Shown here piece by piece: positions 22,950 to 33,899 of a stretch of DNA of 64,000 nucleotides. Location: positions 46,934,001 through 46,998,000 of the forward strand of contig NC_134475.1 in assembly GCF_964194025.1 (NCBI RefSeq), given 5' to 3'. Below the pieces are notes generated by a model, which saw only the letters and a list, made by a program, of their open reading frames with translations, did no database searches and had not been told where the DNA came from. The position numbers and the translations under genes were made by a program. How positions within the stretch are numbered: position 1 is the stretch's first letter; each line of letters begins with the position of its first letter. This DNA comes from Convolutriloba macropyga (lineage: Eukaryota).

Positions 22950-25900
22950 TTTTTAAGATTTCACTAATTTTTGGGAGTCCTATGGCAGACTTGCTAACTA
23001 AAAGTGCAATCGACTTCCTACTGTGCATTACATAAATCTCTATAGTGCTTTGAGTGGACAGCTAATGGCTGCTAAGACTTTAAAAATCAATTTTTCGAAT
23101 TTTTTTGAACTTTTTATCGAGATTAAATTTATTTTCATGAACAGTAATTCAGTATCAGCAATGACAGGACCAACTTCCTTTTTAATGCAACCGAAATTAA
23201 TCGTTAAGGTTTTTTTATCTGATAACTATTAGTTTTAGGACTTCAATAACACGAGTTTTCATAATTTCAAAAAAAATTCGGATTTTTTTTGTACTTTTGA
23301 TTCCTTCGAAATATTTTCCCTTTATTCTATAATTGATAGTTCCTATTTGCTTAGAAAAGACGGCCAATGGATCAGAGATAAGGTTTTCAGAGCAAAGATT
23401 ATGGTTTAATTGGCTTCGACACTTTCTTCTGAAAAATTTGGCTGAATTTTTGTTGGTTTTTGCTTGTATTTGTCGTTGTCTTCATAATCATATGACTTGC
23501 TATGATGTCTTATTGATAATATATTGATGACAAACATCCCACTTTTCCCCTCGAGGCATATGGTAGCGTAATTTTTGGATTTCCTTGAAAGCTCTTGAGT
23601 TATGTGGCTGTTAAGGCTTCAAAAACAAATGTTTATTATTTTTTTGGACATAAACCAAACAAACTTATTTTCGTGAACTGTAAGTCAATATCAGTAATAA
23701 AAGGACCTCTTTCATTGCTACGAATATGGTTAGCGGTTTTATCTTCTAACTATTGGTTATATGACTTCGATGCCACGAGTTTTCATAAATTTTTTAAAAA
23801 ATTTTGGATATATATTTTTTTAATTTTGATTACCTTTCATTTTTATCACTGTATTCTTTATTGATAATTCCCAGTGGCGTAGAGAATACTTTCAACTGAT
23901 CATTGATAAAGTTCGCCGAGAAAAGTTTATGATTCAAATGGTTCTGACACTTTCTTACACTTTTCTACTGAATTTTTTGGGTTTGGCTGCTTTCTTTTTT
24001 TTTGTTGTTTTCATAATAAAAAAGACTTACTATGATGTCTTTTTGATAATATATTGATGACAAACATCCTTCTCTTCCCATCGAGGAATAAGGTAGCGTA
24101 TTTATTGGATTTCCTTTAAAGCTCTTGAATTTAGTGGCTGTTAAGACTTCAAAATAAATTTTTATAATTTTTTTGGACATTAACCAAACTTAAACTTATT
24201 TTCGTGAACTTTAAGTCAATCTCAGTAATAAAATGACATATTTCATTGCTACTGTATGTAAATTGAATTTTTTGAGCGGTTTCTTCTTTTAAATATTGGT
24301 TTTACGACTTCGATGCCACGACTTTTTTCATAAATTTTTTAAAAAAATTTTGTTATATTTTGCAATTTTGATTACCTTTCATTTTTTATCACAGTATTCT
24401 AATACTGATAATTCCCAGTGGCGTAGAAAAAATTTTCAATTGATCATTGATAAAGTTCGCTGTTAAAAGTTTTTGATTCAAACGGCTCTGACACTTTCTT
24501 ACACTTTACTTAATTTTTTTGGGTTGACTGTTTTTTGTTGTTTTCATAATCAAAAGACTTATTATGATGTCTTTTTGATAATTTATTGACGATAAACATC
24601 CTTCTCTTCCCATCGAGGCATAAGGTAGCGTGTTTTTTGGATTTCCCTGAAAGCTCTTGAATCTAGTGTAGTGGCTGTTAAGACTTCAAAATAAAATTTT
24701 TTAAAATTTTTTTTGGACATAACCAAGCTTCAACTTAATTTCGTGAACTGTAAGTCAACCTCAGTAATAAGAGGACATCTTTCATTGCTACTGCATCTAA
24801 AACGAATATGGTTAGCGGTTTTATCTTCGAACTGTTGGTTAAATGACTTCGATGCCACGAGTTTTAATATATTTTTTAAAAAAATTTTTGGATATATTTT
24901 TGTATTTTTGGCTACTTTTCAACTTTTATCAGAGTATTCTAATATTGGTAATTCCCAGTGGCTTGGCTTAGAGGAGATTTTCAATTTATCTTAGATAAAG
25001 TTCGCAGAGAAAAGTTTATGATTCAAATGGCTTTGACACTTTTTGCACTTTTCTACTGAATTTTTTGGGTTTTGCCTCCTTTTTTTGTTGTTCTCAAAAT
25101 CATAAGACTTATTGTGATGTTTTTTGATAATTTATTGACGACAAACATCCTTCTCCTGGCATCGAGGCTTAAGGTAGCGTTTTTATTGGATTTCCTTGAA
25201 AGCTCTTGAATTTAGTGGCTGTTAAGACTTCAAAAACAAATGTTTATTATTTTTTTGGACATTAACCAAACTTAAACTTATTTTCGTGAACTGTAAGTCA
25301 ATATCAGTAATAAAAGGACCTCTTTCATTGCTACGAATATGTTTGGCGGTTTTATCTTCTAACTATTGGTTATATGACTTCGATGCCACGAGTTTTCAAA
25401 AAATTTTTTTAAAAATTTTGGATATATTTTTTTAATTTTGATTACCTTTCATTTTTATCACTGTATTCTCATATTGATAATTCCCAGTGGCGTAGAGAAT
25501 ACTTTCAACTGATCATTGATGAAGTTCGCCGAGAAAAGTTTATGATTCAAATGTTTCTGACACTTTCTTACACTTTTCTACTGATTATTTTGGTTTTGGC
25601 TGCTTTCTTTTTTTGTTGTTTTCATAATAAAAAAACTTACTATGATATCTTTTTGATAATATATTGATGACAAACATCCTTCTCTTCCCATCGAGGCATA
25701 AGGTAGCGTATTTATTGGATTTCCTTGAAAGGTCTTGAATTTAGTGGCTGTTAAGACTTCAAAAATATATTTTTGTAATTTTTTTGGACATTAACCAAAC
25801 TTAATCCTATATTCGTGAACTGTAAGTCAATCTCAGTAATAACATGACATATTTCATTGCTACTTTTTTAAAACGACTTTTCTTAGCGGTTTCATCTTCT

Positions 25901-28900
25901 AACAATTGGTTTTACGACTTCGATGCCACGAGTTTTCATAAATTTTTTAAAAATTTTTGATATATTTTGTAATTTTGATTACCTTTCATTACAGTATTCT
26001 AATACTGATAATTCCCAGTGGCGTAGAAAAAATTTGCAATTGATCATTGATAAAGTTCGCTGTTAAAAGTTTTAGATTCAAATGGCTCTGACACTTTCTT
26101 ACACTTTTCTACTTAATTTTTTGGGTTTGCCTGCTTTTTTTTTGTTGTTTTCATAATCAAAAGACTTATTATGATGTCTTTTTGATAATTTTTTGTCGAC
26201 AAACATCCTTCTCTTCCCATCGAGGCATGAGGTAGCGTGTTTTTTGGATTTTCTTGAAAGCTCTTGAATCTAGTGTAGTGGCTGTTAAGACTTCAAAATA
26301 AAATTTTTAAAAATTTTTTTTGGACATAACCAAGCTTCAACTTAATTTCGTTAACTGTCAGTCAACCTCAGTAATAAGAGGACATCTTTCATTGCTACTG
26401 CATCTAAAACGAATATGGTTAGCGGTTTTATCTTCGAACTGTTGGTTAAATGACTTCGATGCCACGAGTTTTAATATATTTTTTAAAAAAATTTTTGGAT
26501 ATATTTTTGTATTTTTGGCTACTTTTCAACTTTTATCAGAGTATTCTAATATTGGTAATTCCCAGTGGCTTGGCTTAGAGGAGATTTTCAATTTATCTTA
26601 GATAAAGTTCGCAGAGGAAAGTTTATGATTCAAATGGCTTTGACACTTTTTGCACTTTTCTACTGAATTTTTTGGGTTTTGCCTCCTTTTTTTGTTGTTC
26701 TCAAAATCATAAGACTTATTGTGATGTTTTTTGATAATTTATTGACGACAAACATCCTTCTCCTGCCATCGAGGCTTAAGGTAGCGTTTTTATTGGATTT
26801 CCTTGAAAGCTCTTGAATTTAGTGGCTGTTAAGACTTCAAAAACAAATGTTTATTATTTTTTTGGAGATTAACCAAACTTAAACTTATTTTCGTGAACTG
26901 TAAGTCAATATCAGTAATAAAAGGACCTCTTTCATTGCTACGAATATGTTTGGCGGTTTTATCTTCTAACTATTGGTTATATGACTTCGATGCCACGAGT
27001 TTTCAAAAATTTTTTTAAAAATTTTGGATATATTTTTTTAATTTTGATTACCTTTCATTTTTATCACTGTATTCTCATATTGATAATTCCCAGTGGCGTA
27101 GAGAATACTTTCAACTGATCATTGATGAAGTTCGCCGAGAAAAGTTTATGATTCAAATGTTTCTGACACTTTCTTACACTTTTCTACTGATTATTTTGGT
27201 TTTGGCTGCTTTCTTTTTTTGTTGTTTTCATAATAAAAAAAACTTACTATGATATCTTTTTGATAATATATTGATGACAAACATCCTTCTCTTCCCATCG
27301 AGGCATAAGGTAGCGTATTTATTGGATTTCCTTGAAAGGTCTTGAATTTAGTGGCTGTTAAGACTTCAAAAATATATTTTTGTAATTTTTTTGGACATTA
27401 ACCAAACTTAATCCTATATTCGTGAACTGTAAGTCAATCTCAGTAATAACATGACATATTTCATTGCTACTTTTTTAAAACGACTTTTCTTAGCGGTTTC
27501 ATCTTCTAACAATTGGTTTTACGACTTCGATGCCACGAGTTTTCATAAATTTTTTAAAAATTTTTGATATATTTTGTAATTTTGATTACCTTTCATTACA
27601 GTATTCTAATACTGATAATTCCCAGTGGCGTAGAAAAAATTTGCAATTGATCATTGATAAAGTTCGCTGTTAAAAGTTTTAGATTCAAATGGCTCTGACA
27701 CTTTCTTACACTTTTCTACTTAATTTTTTGGGTTTGCCTGCTTTTTTTTTGTTGTTTTCATAATCAAAAGACTTATTATGATGTCTTTTTGATAATTTTT
27801 TGTCGACAAACATCCTTCTCTTCCCATCGAGGCATGAGGTAGCGTGTTTTTGGATTTTCTTGAAAGCTCTTGAATCTAGTGTAGTGGCTGTTAAGACTTC
27901 AAAATAAAATTTTTTAAAATTTTTTTTGGACATAACCAAGCTTCAACTTAATTTCGTGAACTGTAAGTCAACCTCAGTAATAAGAGGACATCTTTCATTG
28001 CTACTGCATCTAAAACGAATATGGTTAGCGGTTTTATCTTCGAACTGTTGGTTAAATGACTTCGATGCCACGAGTTTTAATATATTTTTTTTAAAAATTT
28101 TTGGATATTTTTTTTTGTATTTTTGGTTACTTTTCAACTTTTATCAGAGTATTTTGATATTGCTAATTCCCAGTGGCTTAGAGGAAATTTTCAATTGATC
28201 TTAGATAAAGTTCGCAGAGAAAAGTTTATGATTCAAATGGCTTTGACACTTTCTTACACTTTTCTACTGAATTTTTTGGGTTTTGCCTGCTTTTTTTTGT
28301 TGTTTTCAAAATCATAAGACTTATTGTGATGTTTTTTGATGACTTAAGAATGACAAACATCTTTATGTTCCTATCGGGGAATAACTTTGCGTTTTCATTG
28401 ACTTCCGCTGAGAGCTATTGAATTGAGTGGCTGTTAACACTTTTTTAAAAACTATTAAAAACTAACTTCTATTAAACCTGCTTCCGTGTTATGTAAGTAA
28501 ATCTCAGTAATGACATGACACCTTTGTTTTATATTGCATACAAAATTTAATATGGTAAGCGGTTTTAACTACTAGCTATTGGTTTTATGACTTCGATGCC
28601 ACGAGTTTTCGTAATTTAGAAAAAGTTCGGATTTTTACTTTTGGTTCCTTTTGACATCTTATCTCATTATCCCATCATTAATAGTTCCCATTGGCTTAAA
28701 GAAGACGGGCTATGGATCATAGATAAGATTTTCAGAGAAACAATTATGGTTTTAATGGCTTCGAAACTTTCTTCTTTTAATTCTCTAATGAATTTCTTGT
28801 TTTTGCATGTTTGTGTTTTCATAATCATAAGACTTATTGTGATGTTTTTTGATGACTTAAGAATGACAAACATCTTTATGTTCCTATCGGGGAATAACTT

Positions 28901-29480
28901 TGCGTTTTCATTGACTTCCGCTGAGAGCTATTGAATTGAGTGGCTGTTAACACTTTTTTAAAAACTATTAAAAACTAACTTCTATTAAACCTGCTTCCGT
29001 GTTATGTAAGTAAATCTCAGTAATGACATGACACCTTTGTTTTATATTGCATACAAAATTTAATATGGTAAGCGGTTTTAACTACTAGCTATTGGTTTTA
29101 TGACTTCGATGCCACGAGTTTTCGTAATTTAGAAAAAGTTCGGATTTTTACTTTTGGTTCCTTTTGACATCTTATCTCATTATCCCATCATTAATAGTTC
29201 CCATTGGCTTAAAGAAGACGGGCTATGGATCATAGATAAGATTTTCAGAGAAACAATTATGGTTTTAATGGCTTCGAAACTTTCTTCTTTTAATTCTCTA
29301 ATGAATTTCTTGTTTTTGCATGTTTGTGTTTTCATAATCATAAGACTTATTGTGATATCCCGTTTTTTACTTTTGATTAACAAACGTCATTTATTTCTCA
29401 TTGAGGTATAATTTAGCTTATTTTTTGGCTTCCGTTGACAGCCATTGATATTAATGGCGTTGATATAACTGGTTTTCTCA
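22950..29480. repeat. Satellite array: ~12 monomers of ~535 bp, a 3-monomer higher-order repeat of ~1607 bp, and a terminal 513-bp exact duplicate
   Basis: GACTTCGATGCCACGA recurs 11 times at ~513-543-bp spacing (23763-29117). Near-identical ORFs start at 24713, 26320 and 27926 (period 1606-1607), and at 28641 and 29154 (period 513). Confidence 0.95.
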
Positions 29481-30927
29481 AAAATTTCGTGGTTGTATTA
29501 TATTTCTTTATACTTTTTAAGTCATGTTGTTAAGTAAAGAACAACGCCTTTGCTATTAAAAAGTATATGAAAAAAGAAATTTTTTTTTACTAAAAACTTC
29601 TCTTTTATTGGGTTTGACACTTTTCTCGCTCATTTTCTGAAATTTTCCGAAACTCTTCATGTAGTCTTGTTCTCCTTTTATTCTTAACTATTGTTTTCAA
29701 AATGTCATTTATGTGCTCTAATAATGAAGATTTCAGTTTTTTCCGTCAGAGTAGTTAATGGTTAAAAATTTTTATGACTCCTTTGTAATAACACTTTGTA
29801 TATGACACTTCGTAATAAAATGCATGTTCACGTTTTTTTTGTCCTGGCTTCTGGACTAATTAATGGATGGTCTCATTGGATCTGCAAAAAGTCGTAAAAT
29901 TAATAAAGTATGTAATAGTTTTAATTGATATCCAACGTTTTCAGTACAACTTAAGACGGTCTTATAAGGTGTGTTTTTTCATCTTAGTCCCCTTTGTCCC
30001 TCTTAGTCGCATTAATGACAGTTATTATTGTTCGCTTATGAAGCTCTTATGTTTTGTATTTCATGACTTTGATACATAACTAGGTCTTATCGGTTGCTAC
30101 TGAGGCTTCGCTTAATCTAATGAGTTCATAAATTGGTATTGAAAAATTTTATAAATCATTTAATTGTCTAATAGCATAGTAAATAATAGCGTAGTAATCT
30201 CATTAATAACAAGTGTCATTTGTTTCTAATAAGTTATATATTAACCAAATTAGTGACCTGCGCATAAACTATATGTTTCCAAAAGTTGCCCATGTCTTGC
30301 CCTTTGTAGCATTTGGCCTAATGCGGCCTAATTGTTGTCAGTTTATCGGCTTCAGTTTCTAGCTATATCTTTCGTTGACTTAGAGCTTAGAGACCATTTG
30401 TTCTGAGAATTTTTTGGATTAGCTTTTGAATCTTGCTCTCCTTGTTGTTCTTTTGTCCTTTTCACCTAATGGAATTGCTTCTGTTTTACAACTTCAAAAT
30501 TTGTTTTTTTTTTTGCTTTTATTAATGTTTTTACTATTAAGTTTTGTGTTGTTTCCTACTTTGAAGGCACTTTTTCGAAGAGAGATGGATTTTTGCCAAA
30601 GTTTTCACTTTGTGCACTTTTTGTTGTATAATGTGCTCTAGATTTTGATTTCAAGTTGAGTTGCTTTTATCTCCATGAAAATTGTAACAACTTTTCAAGG
30701 AGTAAAAGAGCAAAGCAGTTAGCCATTTTTTTCTGTGTAAAATGAGGAAACACAAGAAAAAAACCTCCTTTAAGTCTTCAAAATTTGACTGCTTTTGTCA
30801 CGCTTTAGCGCAAATCAAACCTGCGGAGCAAAACCACAATTAAAGAGCCGAAATCCTGCTGTACGTAGCTTTTTGGGACTGTAGTGTATGTTCGTGTTTT
30901 CAGGTCTTCTTGCTTCCCATAAAAAGA

Positions 30928-31158
30928 ATGCCAGTTGTATCCAACATGGAAGAATTTATGGAGGCAGTGGAGGATTTCTTCTCAGAGAATCCAGAGAGAA
31001 CTAGAGTGACTATGAAGTACAGACACTGTGACGCAAAACTAACTCTCAAGGTCACTGACGATTATAAAGTAGCCCAATATAAAACGGGAAATCTGATGGA
31101 TGTGAAAAAGGTGGAGAAGATGGCAAGTCAAACTATTCGAGCAATGGCTACAAAGTGA
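30928..31158 (+). CDS. SRP9: Signal recognition particle 9 kDa protein, single coding exon, 76 aa
   Basis: MPVVSNMEEFMEAVEDFFSENPERTRVTMKYRHCDAKLTLKVTDD..AQYKT....DVKKVEK matches the SRP9 pattern. The ATG is at 30928; the ORF track starts at an upstream TTG. Confidence 0.93.
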   Translation: MPVVSNMEEFMEAVEDFFSENPERTRVTMKYRHCDAKLTLKVTDDYKVAQYKTGNLMDVKKVEKMASQTIRAMATK

Positions 31159-33899
31159 ACATTTTGACGCAGTTTATCGCGCTTGAACTGAATTTTTAAA
31201 TTTATCTCAAAATTTTTATTTAGTTGTTTAAAGGTGATTTTGTTCGTTGTTACTGTAATCCATTTAAATTTAAGTTCAATTCTACTGCTTTTTCAAGAAT
31301 TTTTTTGTTTTGTCGGTATTACTAATGGGAAGTTTATTTGCTTTTAGTTGATCAAATGCATGCCCTTTGATGCCTCCTGTGTATTTCTCGCTGCTGTTGC
31401 TACAAACAACAAGCGCGGCAGACTTTTTTCTCGAGTTTTTTTCTACCGTGTTCAAATATCGTAACTCTGACCAGTAACTTGCAATTTAAATTAGCGGTAA
31501 TTAGAACGTGTTGCCTCGAACTTTGCACTTGGAAAAAAACTTTTAGAAAAATTTTGAATCAAAATTGAAACGAATCCGCTATTAGCCTGCGTACATTAAC
31601 ATAAAGAAACCCTGCAGCAGCACTCTAGCATATAGATGGCACGGTGCCAAAAAGTACATTCAACAGTTTTTTTGATTAGATAAGAAATGACAGAATACAT
31701 AAAATTTCGAGTTCAAATCACATCTCTTGTAACGCGTCATTGCGCGTTAGTTTTTAAAGTGTAGTAGACGGTTTATATACTTTTCATGCAAGTTTTTTGT
31801 GGCATCTTCATTGATTTTGTCCCGAATTTCCAGTACTTGTTCTGTTTCCAAAAAAAATTTGTAATCGTTGCCTCAAAATCGCCCATAAAATTTCACTTGG
31901 ATTCAGATCCGGACTACATGCTGGCCGCTCCAGTATCTCCCACTCCTTTTCTTGGAAGAAATTTCTGGAACATAAGCTTTTAATAATAAGGTCTTGAAAA
32001 TGCTCAAATCACTTCGTAATTTCTAAGAATTTCAAATAGCCTTCATTGTTTCGCGTGTTCAGATGTCTAAGAAGAATATTTCGTCCATCTGATCATATTG
32101 CACCCCAAAAAACATTTGTGATTGCCTGTCTGAAAATTTTTGTGTTGACACTTTGTGCTTTCTTATCCTTATCTCGCGTTGTTTTTTTATTCTTCATATT
32201 TTTCGCGAATTTGTATCATTTTTCGTTAAATTTAGCTCCAATGCGTCAGCATTTGTTGAGATTTTGTCCTTTTATATGCCATCAAATTTTAATTATTAAC
32301 ATGTAACTCAGACGGATTGGATCATTTTTTAGGTACGTGGATATTGGACTTGAGATGTAGATTAATCACTGAGAACTAGAAACCTTCACGAGAAGCTTCC
32401 ATCTTTAAAATATAATATTTTTTCAGAAATTAGGATGTATTCTTCTCTTAATTTTTCGGTCTTTTTTGTTTAAATAAATGAAATAATTTTTTGCATCAAT
32501 TGGCGATCCAGAATCTCGTCGGGTATAAAATCTCCAAGCCAGTCATTATAATCTCGCTTGTTTCTATAAGTCCCGGCCTCCAATCTCACCTAGGGTAATT
32601 TAGAGCTGTCTATTTTTTTCGATATTGCCTCACAAGTACCTTTTGAGCCGTTCTGCTAACTCCGACCGCTTGCTAAAATCCGCAACACATAAATAAAATA
32701 TCATGCATACAAACTCGCTTGATCGCACACACGCTTGCATACACACAGTCTCACACTTGAATGAACTATAACAAAGCGCCAGCAACCCACATTTCCCAAG
32801 AGTTGCAAACTTTATTTAAATCAAATCACTTCAAATTTCCTAGAAATAAGTCAGGAGGGAATTAAGACGGTAAGACTAAGAAAGAACTTAATAGAGAATT
32901 TTACTGATTTGAAAAATCTTAGGTTTTTTCTTCAATCAACTTACCGTAATCTTTTTCCAAGATGATGACTAGTGTGTATAACGATATAAACTCTAAACTG
33001 AAGGATGGCTTCGAAAAATGACAACTGGACTTGACAACGGTAAATCATAGAAAGCTCAATTAAATATGTTGTCAAATGAGATTGAAGCAGAGCCGTGCAG
33101 TGAAAATTATAATTATCATTTACGAGTTAAACTGTGGTTCCAGAAAGCTACGTACATCATGATTTCGAATCAAAGGCGTGAAATTTTAAAAGTTTTAAGA
33201 GAAATTGAATGATCGGTTCCTACACCTAAAAAGAAAGATGTTTTAACCGGTTTGTTATTTCACTGTTTGCCCCATTTTTACTTTACGAAATGTCAGATTT
33301 TTATGGACAAAAAACAAGTCAACTTGAAATCAAGATCCTGTGAACAGTATACATGCAAATGAGACCTAAAATGGAAGCTGGAGGCCAAAAAATTGAGCGG
33401 TAGATCAATTTTTTACAAAAGCTTGCAAAAAGTCCAAAAAGGCGAGGAAATCATGTTTTAAGAAAGCACTTAAAGCTTACTGAAAGCACCTGTGGTGCAT
33501 ACACTTGCCAGAAATACAATAATACATTCTCAAAAATATTTTTTTTTGAGAAAAGCTGCACAAAAGATCATTTTGAAGACAAAAAGCAGGTCGTTTGGCA
33601 CAATCGAAGTGGTGTATCAATGTGCTCAAGAAGACTTTCTTTTGTTGGGGAAAATGTTTTATAAGATAACAGATTGTGAAGCACCACTGACCAATTTGCT
33701 CTAGTTTTTGTACGGAAAAATGACCGAGAAAACCATGAATTTTTTGAAGGATAATTAAATTAATTTTATAAGTCTGACATATGTCAATGGATTCTGAGTT
33801 AATCGCGAAATTCTCGTCAAAAGCTGATCAAGTTTTCATTTGTACTCATCTTGGAATTGTTGGCTATAGCAATTATCATGAATGCAGTTCCTCGGAGAT

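Noticed and set aside
23023-29411. Repeated 60-97-aa ORFs (e.g. 24713, 26320, 27926, 28641, 29154) as a tandem gene family or CRISPR-like array
   Set aside because: They are by-products of the satellite: TTG starts, F/L/K-rich composition, and homopolymer frameshifts between copies. Sequence between the conserved boxes is homologous rather than unique spacers, and the DNA is eukaryotic.
30910-30927. ORF-track SRP9 N-terminal extension MLPIKR
   Set aside because: Starts at TTG; homology and context support the ATG at 30928.
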